A stretch of DNA of 64,000 nt from Thioalkalivibrionaceae bacterium (GTDB lineage: Bacteria > Pseudomonadota > Gammaproteobacteria > Ectothiorhodospirales > Ectothiorhodospiraceae), in NCBI GenBank assembly GCA_046299415.1, contig JBKBII010000007.1:43839-107838 (forward strand). Direction: 5' to 3'. Positions 54,392-64,000 of the stretch are shown in pieces (position 1 is the stretch's first letter; the number at the start of each line of letters is the position of its first letter). The position numbers and the translations under genes were made by a program. Below the pieces are notes generated by a model, which was given only the letters and a program-made list of their open reading frames with translations, was not told where the DNA came from and made no database searches.

Positions 54392-55742
54392 CCGTTCCGT
54401 GACGCAGTCGCACAGGCAGACTTCGAGAAAGCACTGACTGAATGGCTAGGCGGAATGCATCTCTGTCTGGCGCGTGTTGGCTCGCTCGCTGAATCCCGCG
54501 ATGTCAAAGGGCGGTCCTCGATAGGCCGTGCAATCAATCTCTTACGCGACTTCTTCAGGCGTTTTCCTGACGCTCGATCACCGGCAATTATGGGTTCATG
54601 AAACCCGCTGCAAGCATCAACGAATTGTCATGGAGCGGGAGTTCTACTACCGTGACCGGCCGGACGTCGATGCGCAAGCTCTACGTCCTTATATTTCCGC
54701 TGACGGCGGCGTCCGTAGTCGCCGAGTGATACATCTCGGTAGCGGATCGGACTCAAAAGCGCCGTTTGCAATCCCCCTTGTTAACCATTGAACTACGAGA
54801 GACCTTGCCGTGAATGCAGAAGCCCTGAATCAGCGCTGTGTCGAGCTTTTCACCTCGCCTCGAGTCGCCAACAAGTTGTGGTCGCCCCGCATGTTCTGGA
54901 AAGTGGGTCAGCTGCTCAATTCCCGCCCTGATCAGTGGGTCGACCCAAAGGTCGATTTGTGCGAACTCGAAGTCATGTTGTCTGCCGCAGCCTACGTGCC
55001 GTCCGAGTGTGCGGAGACTTTGAACAACCGCAATCCTGGCCGCGCTGACTTCATTCGTCGAGCCGTTCAAAGCGGACAGCGACCATTGTTGACGCGAGCG
55101 GCTTGAGACCTGAGCGGCTGACGGTCAACAAGGGCGGCGCGCGGGCTAACGGCGTGCCGCCCGAACATCCAGCGCTGTGGAGCCTTTAACCATCGTGTAG
55201 CAACAAACTAAACTGAGCGAGCCCCGATGGGGGTTCGATAGGGCTCGTTTCACAAGATCTTGCCAGGTCGCCGGACGTGGAAAGCGACTTCAAAACGACT
55301 TGACGAGCTGCAGCTTTCCCTACGGACGGCTGTTTTGAGCGGTGATGCCCCACCTTTACTGCACGACGCTCGTCGGCTACTTTCGCCTTTGGCGCTGGTC
55401 GAAGCGGACATGGGATCGATCGGCTGATGCCGGGTATCCCGTCGCTTGGCGGCTGTGCTCGGATCCGCGCCGTGATCTCCGCCTCTATTTTCGAATAATG
55501 TTTTTATCCGCGCTCGGATGCCGTTCGATGCGACTCGCACGATGGACGTCGTTGCGTCACCGCGAACAACCCTCGTTCGGGTCGTCATCCGAGATCACGA
55601 AGCGGTCCTCACAGCGCGCATGTGAGATGACGCGTCGATCGAGTTGGCGTCGGTGTCACGACCGAGCGCCTTTTTTCCGGGGTCGCGTCGTCGCGGAGAA
55701 CGCGCCTACGCGACGATATGATTCGCCTGATTCAGTGTTGAC

Positions 55743-57104
55743 TCAGTGTTGCGACGACGCTTCAGCGCGATCGCTGCTGTCACCGCGTCGGTTGAGGATG
55801 TCAAGCCCCCTGAGCAAATTCAGAGCCTCGTGGATCGCGAAGTCGCGCTCGGCAAGCGTTTCGCTGCTTGATTCCTCGTCGGATGATGCTGCGCCTTCTT
55901 CAGACTGCGGATTTTCAAGGTGACGACGAAGATTGCGCTCAGTCGTCGAAGCGACGTTGTTTTCGGAGCGTTGCACCGTCACTGCGGCCACTTCGATGTC
56001 GGGTCGAATGCCCTCCGATTGGATAATGCGACCTTCAGGCGTGAAGTAGCGCGCGGTCGTCAGTTTCAAGGCTGTATCGCGTCCTAGCGGAAGAATGGTC
56101 TGTACCGAGCCCTTGCCGAAAGTCGTCGACCCCATGATTACGGCTCGTCCATGGTCCTGCAGTGCGCCGGCCACGATTTCGCTTGCGCTGGCTGATCCCT
56201 CATTTACGAGAACGACCAGCGGCGCGCCGTCAAGGGCATCGCCCGGCGACGCCGAGTAGCGGAACTGTGAGTCTTCGAGGCGGCCCTCGGTGTAAACAAT
56301 CAGGCCACCGTCTAAGAACACGTCGGTGACCCCTACTGATGCGTTGAGAACGCCGCCGGGATTGTTGCGCAGATCGAGCACCAAGCCGCGAAGTTTCGAT
56401 TCGGCCTGCAAGTCCTCAATGGCTCGCACGAGATCGCGGGCGGTGCGCGCCTGGAAATTGGTGATTCGGACATAACCAAACCCCGGGGCCAGTGTCTCTG
56501 CGCGAACGCTTCTGACGCGAATCGTGTCGCGTACCAGCGTCACGCTGATTGGGCGATCCTCACCCTCGCGAACGATCGTCAGAACGATTTCAGAGCCGCG
56601 TGGCCCGCGCATGCGTTGTACGGCTTCATTCAGCGTGAGGCCCTGGACGGCGGTATCGTCGATGCGTGTGATGAGATCGCCGGGGCGCAGGCCCGCGCGG
56701 CTTGCGGGCGTATCGTCGATGGGTGCAATGACCCGGACGAAGCCGCTCTCCATCCCGACTTCGATGCCGAGGCCGCCGAATTCGCCGCTCGTCCCGACCT
56801 GCAGGTCGCGGTACTCGGAGGCGTCGAGGTATGCCGAATGAGGATCGAGGCCGGACAGCATCCCGCGTATCGCGTGATTCAGCAGATCTGCGTCGTCGAC
56901 CTCTGTCACGTAATGCCGCTTCACACGCGAGTAGACCTCTGCGAACGAACGCAGCTCGTCGATCGGCAGACCGCGCAGAACGTCGTCGGTGGAATCTGCG
57001 CGCTGAGCACCCGCCCCGAATGACAGGCTCAACACGACGCCGATCGCAATACCCGTAACAATGCCGAATCCGGCACTGGGGCTGATCAAGGGGTTGGCTT
57101 TCAT
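55743..57104 (-). CDS. ctpA: carboxy-terminal processing protease (S41 family)
   Basis: N-terminal TM/signal, PDZ (GLRPGDLITRIDD), VLDLRNNPGGVLNASV, LVNEGSASASEIVAGALQDHGRAVIMGSTTFGKGSVQ (Ser/Lys dyad context). Start at ATG 57104 with GGAG upstream. Confidence 0.92.
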   Translation of the reverse strand: MKANPLISPSAGFGIVTGIAIGVVLSLSFGAGAQRADSTDDVLRGLPIDELRSFAEVYSRVKRHYVTEVDDADLLNHAIRGMLSGLDPHSAYLDASEYRDLQVGTSGEFGGLGIEVGMESGFVRVIAPIDDTPASRAGLRPGDLITRIDDTAVQGLTLNEAVQRMRGPRGSEIVLTIVREGEDRPISVTLVRDTIRVRSVRAETLAPGFGYVRITNFQARTARDLVRAIEDLQAESKLRGLVLDLRNNPGGVLNASVGVTDVFLDGGLIVYTEGRLEDSQFRYSASPGDALDGAPLVVLVNEGSASASEIVAGALQDHGRAVIMGSTTFGKGSVQTILPLGRDTALKLTTARYFTPEGRIIQSEGIRPDIEVAAVTVQRSENNVASTTERNLRRHLENPQSEEGAASSDEESSSETLAERDFAIHEALNLLRGLDILNRRGDSSDRAEASSQH

Positions 57105-58142
57105 CGAGTGACTCCATCGTACTGGGGTTCTGCGCCTACGCAGCCGGATTGCTTGCGTGACGTTGCTGCGTTGCTCTACACATGACAGCAACGGATCGCT
57201 TGCGTTCGCTCTTCTTTTAAGGTCTCGACGCCCGCGTCCGAGCGTAAATTGTCGTCGATTTATCTCATTTTCGCTTGCGATTATGTGTTCTGCGCCGGGG
57301 TTTGTCCCAAATCGCTCGTTCTGCTCCAGTGCTGGATGGTCTTCTTCCGATAGATGTTTTTAGTCGGCAAGTCAAAGTTCCGACGACGCGGCGTTACAGG
57401 CGCCGTGTTCAAACGCGTCGCGAGCAAGCGGCCTCGCACGCTTCGGTGAGGCATCCGGAGAAGAGAAGGCACTCGGATGGGTCGTATCACCCAGATCAAA
57501 GTGATCCGCGTCTCTGAGCGCTTGAAGTGGCGTTCAACGACGCCACTCATGCCATGGATCCAAAGCTGAACCTAGAGCATCGACTCGTCGATGGCGAGTC
57601 GTGGTCGATACCGGTCCGACCGTTCTTGCGCCGCAACTGACGCGGACGTCGGCGCCGCGGTCTGGGTGCGCCGCGACACCTTCGCGTTCTGGCGTCGCTG
57701 CGCAAGTGGCCACCCCTTTGTCGGCCATTAGACGCTTGTCGAGTTGGGGGCTCAGTGCGGTCGATCGTGCGAAACCTCTGCGGCCCGCGCATCACGCCAC
57801 TGAGTTCGGAAGCGTGCTGGATGAATGATCGCGAGACGCGATCAGACCATTGAGACCACAGAGATCCGACGCTTTGACATCGACATGAAAGCCAAGCGAC
57901 TTATCGGGCGCGACGCGTTTACTGCCCCGATGTCTTCGCTGTTGATAAAGCGCCCACGCCGTTGAAGGGGCGGCCTACCTGTTACGGTCACCTTGCGAGC
58001 ATTCGAAGTTCCCATTATCGTTGTTTGTTGTTTTACCCGAGATGCGTATTGAGTGACGGATCTTTCGGGTGGTTTTCGATCCCATTAGACCTGTGGCCTC
58101 CCGTTTGTCGGCGAGCGGGTTGCGAGTTAGGCGAGGAGCCCC

Positions 58143-58466
58143 ATGCAGCAGGAACCCGCGTTCAACGAATCCGAATTGATGACCCAGGATGAGGACATCG
58201 AACGGGCCTCACGATCGCTGAAAGCGATGTCGCATCCCTTACGTCTGAAGATTCTGTGTGTCCTCGGTAACCGAGAAGTCAGTGTGCAAGAAATCGTCGA
58301 TCAAGTAGGGACGTCGCAGAGCAACATTTCGCAGCACCTCGGCATCCTTCGCGACAAAGGCATTCTTGCGACGCGCAAAGACGCGAATCGCGTTTTCTAT
58401 CGTGTCGGCGATGCCAGAACCCTCCGTCTGATCGGCATGATGCAGCAAGTGTTCTGTCACTCGTAA
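58143..58466 (+). CDS. ArsR/SmtB-family transcriptional repressor, BigR/SqrR-like two-cysteine pattern
   Basis: 107 aa. LKAMSHPLRLKILCVLGNREVSVQEIVDQVGTSQSNISQHLGILRDKGIL...RVFYRV is a winged HTH. One Cys lies in helix alpha2 (ILCVL) and one near the C-terminus (QQVFCHS), as in Xylella BigR (LMLVCTL / YTIFCAQ) and Rhodobacter SqrR, recalled from memory. Confidence 0.85.
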   Translation: MQQEPAFNESELMTQDEDIERASRSLKAMSHPLRLKILCVLGNREVSVQEIVDQVGTSQSNISQHLGILRDKGILATRKDANRVFYRVGDARTLRLIGMMQQVFCHS

Positions 58467-59419
58467 CCCCAGCCGCGTCTGATCTCGACGACGAACCTGC
58501 GCTAGGAGATTTCCGATCGATAGCAGGTGACGAGAGGACACGTCATAGGGCTGCTCGAGCACGATGTCGGCTTGAACGCCCCGCCTGTTGTTTATGGTCA
58601 TCCTTTCGTTCCATCAATGAACGTAGGTAGGTGTCAGCACTCATGCGAGGGCGACTGCCCGTAGCGCGGGCGCACGTCTATATTTCAATCTGACGGTCCT
58701 TGGTTGGTTTATTGTCAAGCTGCCCACTCGTCGTTTTTGAGCCACGTTGATTCGTTGAGCCGTCGACGTGGCGCTGGGTCGCGTGGACTTTGGTTGCCAG
58801 TCGCGTGTTTGCGTGTTTCTTCGTGTTTGGACAGCCACGCGGGCCGAGGCGCTTGTCGCGTTCGCTCCGTCCGAAGCCTAAGCGTGCAGCTTCGCTTAGT
58901 TCAGGGCCGCCATACGTTTGCGTGGGCAGGCGTGCGAATCTGGTGATTCGGAACTGCCCTCCAGTCTGCCAAATGGGGCGCTCGTAACCATACCCCAAGG
59001 GTTTATCGATGACTTCTATTATCGGCAGATCATGTTGGGGCCCGTAGGGGGCGTTGGGACCTAGCGACGACGCCCCGCAAACGATGGCCGGTCGTGTTGC
59101 GCAGCACTACGTTTACGGATGCGAGCTCAATGGCCTACAAGCTGGGCACCCATAGTCTTGTGCAGTGACACCTAGTGGGTTCATTTCACGGATGAGGGCG
59201 ATCGGTTTCGACATGAGCTTGCGCGATTGGCGCTCACCGTCCTGCATCTTTTGCGATCATATGAGTCGAGCCGTGTGCGCGCTGCCGAGGCGATGGAATC
59301 GCAGGAGGCTTGGGTGACGGAGTCGGGACCGTTGATCGGTCCATGTCACTTTGCGGTGTGGCAACGGTGTGCGACCCTTCGCGTATCTCACGCCTGCCCT
59401 TATCGAGGTCCTTGTTTAC

Positions 59420-59836
59420 ATGATCGATTTTTTATCTCGCCATCCCATCCTGACTGGTGCACTGATCGCGATCATCGCATTGATTGTTTACACCGAATTC
59501 CGGCGCCTGACCAAAAAGTTTAAAGATGTATCGCCGAGCGAGGCCGTTCGCGTCGTCAACCAAGACGGTGCGTTGGTCCTCGACGTTCGTGAGGACTCGG
59601 AACTGCGTAGTGGTCGCATCGGCGGCGCGCGCCACATCCCGATTGGCCAGCTCGGTAAGCGCATCGATGAGCTCGAGCGTTTCAAGACGAAGCCAGCGCT
59701 TGTGTACTGCCGATCGGGCGCGCGTTCGACCATGGCCGCACAGCAGCTGGTCAAGGCTGGCTTTCAGGACGTGCACAATCTTTCAGGTGGCATACAGGCG
59801 TGGATGAGCGCGGGCCTTCCCGTCAAGTCGAAATGA
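59420..59836 (+). CDS. membrane-anchored rhodanese-domain sulfurtransferase (YibN-like)
   Basis: N-terminal TM (ILTGALIAIIALIVY), then rhodanese with active-site loop LVYCRSGARS. Conserved position upstream of grxC-secB. Confidence 0.88.
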   Translation: MIDFLSRHPILTGALIAIIALIVYTEFRRLTKKFKDVSPSEAVRVVNQDGALVLDVREDSELRSGRIGGARHIPIGQLGKRIDELERFKTKPALVYCRSGARSTMAAQQLVKAGFQDVHNLSGGIQAWMSAGLPVKSK

Positions 59837-60132
59837 CGACGCCACCAATGTCCGACGCTGTCGCTGAGCCAACGCGGATTGAAATGTACGCGACGCGGCA
59901 CTGCCCATATTGCGTGATGGCGCGACGACTTCTGGACTCGCGGGGGCTATCGTGGGCCGAGGTCCGGGTCGATCATGATCCGACCGCGCGCGCGATCATG
60001 GAGGAACGGTCGGGGCGCACGTCCGTTCCTCAAATTTTCTTGGACGGTCGCCATGTCGGTGGATACACCGATTTGCTGGCCTTGAGCCGGTCGGGTGAGC
60101 TTGACGCGTGGTTGGCTCAGGCTCCGCCTTGA
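59833..60132 (+). CDS. grxC: glutaredoxin 3
   Basis: IEMYATRHCPYCVMARRLL (CPYC active site), RTSVPQIFLDGRHVGGYTDL. ATG 59833 overlaps the rhodanese stop (ATGA). Confidence 0.93.
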   Translation: MTTPPMSDAVAEPTRIEMYATRHCPYCVMARRLLDSRGLSWAEVRVDHDPTARAIMEERSGRTSVPQIFLDGRHVGGYTDLLALSRSGELDAWLAQAPP

Positions 60133-60235
60133 CGCTCGCCTGGTTTGCCTTGTTCTCTCGGGCTTGCCCAGCGGGCCCTGTCGGCCGGTGTTGTTCGGTC
60201 GTTCTGTTTTTTGAACCATTTGACTGAGGTGACTC

Positions 60236-60799
60236 ATGAGCACAACGCCCTCCAACGACAGCTCACCGACAGGTATCAACGGGGCCGGAAGCAACGGTGC
60301 CCCGAATGGCGCCAGTGCACAAAATGCCTCGGATACCCGCCCCGAGTTCTCGATGCAAAAGATCTACCTCAAGGACGTCTCTTTCGAGTCGCCGCGCACA
60401 CCCGAGGTGTTCCTGTCTCGCTGGGACGGTAAAACCAATGTGCAGATGAACACGACTGCGACCCGTCTTGAGCAGCAGGATGATCTGTACGAAGTCGAAT
60501 TGCAGTTGACGGTGACGACTGACAACGAGGATAAGACCGCCTACCTGTGCGAAATCCGTCAGGCCGGTGTGTTCTTGATCCGGGGCTTCGAAGCTGCACA
60601 GCGAGAAGCTTTGCTCGGGGCCTACTGCCCGAATGTGCTCTTCGCTTTCGCACGCGAGGCCGTGGCTGATCTCGTGCAGAAGGGAGGCTTCCCGCAATTG
60701 CTGCTGCAGCCGGTCAACTTCGATGCGCTCTATCAGCAGCACCTGGCGCAACGCCAGGCCGGTCAAGGTTCGCAGGCCCCGGTGCCGCCGGTCGCCTGA
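60236..60799 (+). CDS. secB: protein-export chaperone SecB
   Basis: FSMQKIYLKDVSFESPRTPEVF...LLGAYCPNVLFAFAREAVADLVQKGGFPQLLLQPVNFDALY. N-terminal Ser/Asn/Gly-rich extension. Confidence 0.94.
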   Translation: MSTTPSNDSSPTGINGAGSNGAPNGASAQNASDTRPEFSMQKIYLKDVSFESPRTPEVFLSRWDGKTNVQMNTTATRLEQQDDLYEVELQLTVTTDNEDKTAYLCEIRQAGVFLIRGFEAAQREALLGAYCPNVLFAFAREAVADLVQKGGFPQLLLQPVNFDALYQQHLAQRQAGQGSQAPVPPVA

Positions 60800-61440
60800 G
60801 GCCTGCACCCTCCGCGCTGACGTGTCGGGGCCCGGGAAAGCGTCCGCTCGGACGGGCTGGAATGACATCGTGGCGCCTCGAGCCATGAATGTTTGAGTCG
60901 GCCCGTGCGGCCCACGGCTCAGCCGCGATGTAAACGGTTCAACTCGGATGGCTCGTAGCATCTGCCGGCTGTGTCGTGGACGGAGTCTTTCAGACGCAGA
61001 CCGTCTTGATTCAAGTGTTGACGAGCAGGTACCTGGACGATCTTGATGAGGTTTTTGCGCCTCTGAAGTTCGGCGATCGCACGGCAACAGCACGGTGATG
61101 TGACGCACTCGATCAATCTCCCGTGGCCTACGGTCGCTCTCCGAGTCTCGTCGCGACGCCGTGGCATGACCGCGTGGTCAACGGCTCGGTTTGTGGCAAT
61201 CGAAAACTGTATCGGTTGACCCGCAACAGCGTCCTCCAATGGGGCATCCAAGGCACTCGGGCGCCGATGACAAAGGTGTCCGTTGGTCTGATCTTCCACG
61301 CCAGTCGCGAGGCTCGCCTCGAGCGTTGAAGCGCGCTTGGTCCATCGGTCCATCGTTGCTCTATTTCTTTTCTCGTTTGGCGCCGTCATTGTCAGCTCAG
61401 TGTTGCGGCGGTGGGCCACGACGCTGTAGGAGCTGACGGA

Positions 61441-62655
61441 ATGGATGAGAGCGAAATGCCACACAATGTGACTTTTGTCGGTGCAGGGTCTTGGGGCACC
61501 GCGCTTGCGGTGCACGCGGCTCGACTCGGTCATCGGGTGCGGCTTTACGGGCGTGACGCGGCGCGGATGGCGGCGATGGCCAAAGACCGGGTGTCGCACG
61601 GTTATCTCGATGGTGTGACGTTGCCGCCGAATCTGACGCCCGTTGCGTCTCTTGCCGAGGCGATTGGACATTCCCGAGGCCAGCCACAACGTGAGCTCGT
61701 GCCGAATGGCGTGGGTCTCACCGATGATGATACCGACGCTTTTGTGCCGGACTTGATCGTGTTGGCTGTGCCTTCGCGCGGCTTTTCCGACTCGCTCGAC
61801 GAGCTTGCACAAGCCCAGGCCTGGCCGGCGCCTCGCAGTTCAGCAAGCGCATCGGGCCCCGCCGCGACGAGCACTCAAAAAACAGGATCGTGGAGTGGCG
61901 AGGGTTTTTCTCGACGCCATGCGGGTGCGGTGTCATCCGCGGCCGATCGACCGCGGGCGCCCATCGTCTGGGCAACCAAAGGACTGGCTCCGCGATCCGG
62001 TGCTTTTTTGCACGAGGTATTCGCCGAGCGCTTTGGTGACTGGCCCTCGGGTGTTCTGTCCGGGCCATCTTTCGCTGCCGATGTCGCAGCCGGCTTGCCG
62101 ACGGCCATTGTCGGTGCGAGTGGGGATGCTGCCGTCCTCGAATGCTTGAGGGCGGTATTTCATGGCGCAGCTTTTCGCGTGTACGACAACCATGACGTCC
62201 TGGGTGTCGAACTGGGTGGCGCACTGAAAAACGTCCTCGCGATCGCCGCGGGCGTCGCGGATGGTGCGAATCTCGGGGCCAACGCGCGTGCGGCCTTGAT
62301 TACTCGGGGGCTGGCAGAAATGCAACGGCTGGGGGCCGCGCTCGGCGCTCGACCTGAGACGCTCGTGGGTCTTTCGGGCCTCGGTGACCTCGTACTGACC
62401 TGCACCGACGATCAGTCGCGCAACCGGCGCTTGGGTCTGGCGCTCGGACGTGGAGTGTCGCCGGAGGATGCGGCTCGTGAAATCGGTCAGGCGGTCGAAG
62501 GGCTCGATACGGCTCGTGTGGCCTTGGCTCGTGCCGAAGCTTGCGGTGTCGACCTGCCGATTGTCGCTGAGGTCGAGGCTGTGATCGCCGGGCGTCGTAC
62601 CGTTGGACAGGCTATGGTTCGTTTATTGGAGCGCGAGCCGGGGCCCGAAGTCTGA
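61441..62655 (+). CDS. gpsA: NAD(P)H-dependent glycerol-3-phosphate dehydrogenase, with a roughly 60-aa insertion
   Basis: VTFVGAGSWGTALA, GPSFAADVAAGLPTA, LGGALKNVLAIAAGV, GLSGLGDLVLTCT, SRNRRLGLALG. Start at ATG 61441 (or 61456). Confidence 0.92.
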   Translation: MDESEMPHNVTFVGAGSWGTALAVHAARLGHRVRLYGRDAARMAAMAKDRVSHGYLDGVTLPPNLTPVASLAEAIGHSRGQPQRELVPNGVGLTDDDTDAFVPDLIVLAVPSRGFSDSLDELAQAQAWPAPRSSASASGPAATSTQKTGSWSGEGFSRRHAGAVSSAADRPRAPIVWATKGLAPRSGAFLHEVFAERFGDWPSGVLSGPSFAADVAAGLPTAIVGASGDAAVLECLRAVFHGAAFRVYDNHDVLGVELGGALKNVLAIAAGVADGANLGANARAALITRGLAEMQRLGAALGARPETLVGLSGLGDLVLTCTDDQSRNRRLGLALGRGVSPEDAAREIGQAVEGLDTARVALARAEACGVDLPIVAEVEAVIAGRRTVGQAMVRLLEREPGPEV

Positions 62656-62789
62656 AGGGGGGCACGAGTCGACGGCGCGCCGGCGTCCAATGCCCGTCAA
62701 TCTGCTCCGGAAAACGCTGGCGAAAGCTGTGAGGAAGATGCAGCGCGAGGCCCTGGCACGACAGCGATCGCGCAGCCAGACACCCAGCG

Positions 62790-63302
62790 TCACGCTTGCG
62801 CGTTGGGTTGCGGGTCGGGTTGGGGGCCGGAATTGCCGACGAGGCCTGCGAAATTCTGTTGACGCAAAGCTTCGTACACGCCGATCGCTGCAGCATTAGC
62901 GAGGTTCAGGCTCCGCGAGCCTTCGACCATCGGCAGGACGACACGCTGCTCGGCCGGCAGGCTGTCGAGTAACGCCTGTGGCAGGCCGCGTGTTTCTGGC
63001 CCGAATAACAAGATATCGCTGCGTTGATATCGAAATTGGTCGTAGCGCTGGTGGCCGCGCGTCGAGAACGCAACGACGCGAGCGCTTGCACCGATAGCGC
63101 TGTAGAACGCCGTCCAGCTGCTATGGCGCGAGACTGCAGCCGTTTCGTGATAATCAAGGCCCGCTCGACGCAGGCGCCGGTCGTCCCAGACAAAGCCCAG
63201 AGGCTCGATCAAATGCAGGCGCACGCCGGTGTTGGCCGCCAGGCGAATGAGATTGCCTGTGTTTTGTGGGATTTCGGGCTCGAATAAGGCAAGTTCGAAC
63301 AT
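62790..63302 (-). CDS. trmL: tRNA (cytidine/uridine-2'-O-)-methyltransferase TrmL (SpoU/TrmH family)
   Basis: MFELALFEPEIPQNTGNLIRLAANTGVRLHLIEPLGF...LLFGPETRGLP...SLNLANAAAIGVYEALRQ. Confidence 0.9.
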   Translation of the reverse strand: MFELALFEPEIPQNTGNLIRLAANTGVRLHLIEPLGFVWDDRRLRRAGLDYHETAAVSRHSSWTAFYSAIGASARVVAFSTRGHQRYDQFRYQRSDILLFGPETRGLPQALLDSLPAEQRVVLPMVEGSRSLNLANAAAIGVYEALRQQNFAGLVGNSGPQPDPQPNAQA

Positions 63303-63317
63303 TGCGCTAGTGTGCCA

Positions 63318-64000
63318 TCAGTGTCGTTCGCGGTGATCGATGTCGTCGTCCGGGCTTTCGATCTCGAGCTCCTGAATCTTGCGCGTGAGGGTATTGCGGC
63401 CCCAGCCGATCAATGTCGCGGCGCGGCTGCGGTGGCCGTGTGTGCGGTGCAACGCGCAGCGGATCAACGATCGTTCAAAGATGGGTCCGACGACGCTCAG
63501 GGCGTCGCTGTGACCGGCGGCAAAGAAGGCCGTAAGTCGCTGATCAAGCGCCTGTTCCCATTTTGAATCAGGATTTTCATGGAGCGGCGAAGGCGGATCG
63601 CCGATCAAGCGATATGCAGTGTGTGAGTCTGTCAGTGTGCGAGGACTTTCGCTTCGATCTGATATCGAAGCCGTGACGTCACGGCTCGTCGTGGCGGCGT
63701 TTGTCGATACGCCGGCGCCGTGGCCCGAGTGGATGAGGCCGCCCGCCGTGAGGTCGCCCGAAGCTGCGCCAGAGGGAGAGTTGCGTACGCGGAGGTCAGC
63801 GCAGAGTTCGGGTGGCAAATCGTCAGGGAGGACATCACGGCCGACGGCCATGACCGTCATCCAGCGACAGGCATTCTCGAGTTGACGAACATTGCCGGGC
63901 CAGTCGTGCGCCGCCAGCACGGCCATGGTGTCGGCCGACGGCAGCTTGACCTCGACGCCGAGTTCGGCGGCGATGCGGGTGAGAAAGTGTCGAACCAACA
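63318..64000 (-). CDS. sigma54-dependent NtrC-family response regulator, C-terminal part (5' end beyond the window)
   Basis: AHDWPGNVRQLENACRWMTVMA (end of the AAA+ domain), a low-complexity linker, and a Fis-type HTH AATLIGWGRNTLTRKIQEL. The reading frame continues past 64000. Confidence 0.85.
   Translation of the reverse strand, partial: LVRHFLTRIAAELGVEVKLPSADTMAVLAAHDWPGNVRQLENACRWMTVMAVGRDVLPDDLPPELCADLRVRNSPSGAASGDLTAGGLIHSGHGAGVSTNAATTSRDVTASISDRSESPRTLTDSHTAYRLIGDPPSPLHENPDSKWEQALDQRLTAFFAAGHSDALSVVGPIFERSLIRCALHRTHGHRSRAATLIGWGRNTLTRKIQELEIESPDDDIDHRERH

Noticed and set aside
55250-55588. 112-aa minus-strand ORF downstream of ctpA, where a YibQ-like deacetylase might be expected.
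   Set aside because: The peptide is Arg/Ser-rich and low-complexity with no polysaccharide-deacetylase motif, and it overlaps a 193-aa plus-strand ORF of equally poor quality.

Overview
High-GC (about 60%) gammaproteobacterial chromosome segment spanning the replication-origin neighbourhood. On the minus strand, left to right: a sensor-kinase / response-regulator / diguanylate-cyclase operon, an epimerase and a glycosyltransferase, sucB-sucA, ubiD, xthA, prlC, a LemA/GIDE-like pair, and gyrB-dnaN-dnaA. uvrD and an SDR-family gene sit on the plus strand between sucA and ubiD. Further along the plus strand: rpmH-rnpA-yidD-yidC-mnmE-mnmG-rsmG-parA-parB, atpIBEFHAGDC, glmU and glmS. The right end holds ctpA, an ArsR-family regulator, rhodanese-grxC-secB-gpsA, trmL, and the 3' part of an NtrC-type regulator. 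Almost all of it is core housekeeping, and I see no mobile element, CRISPR array, tRNA or rRNA. The points worth a second look are: (1) a three-gene phosphorelay whose GGDEF output protein has an N-terminal H-box (DHp-only) module, driven by a kinase with a CxxCH heme-type DUF3365 sensor. (2) recF is missing between dnaN and gyrB, and that spacer carries two consensus parS sites. (3) An AT-rich 310-bp dnaA-dnaN spacer with DnaA boxes is the best oriC candidate. (4) Several normally compact conserved operons have long ORF-poor spacers, most notably 1.08 kb between rpmH and rnpA. (5) A BigR/SqrR-like two-cysteine ArsR regulator sits alone in about 2.3 kb of otherwise ORF-poor DNA where gpmI-envC is expected. 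(6) Many housekeeping proteins carry low-complexity insertions. All calls come from reading the sequence and ORF track by eye, with no database search.
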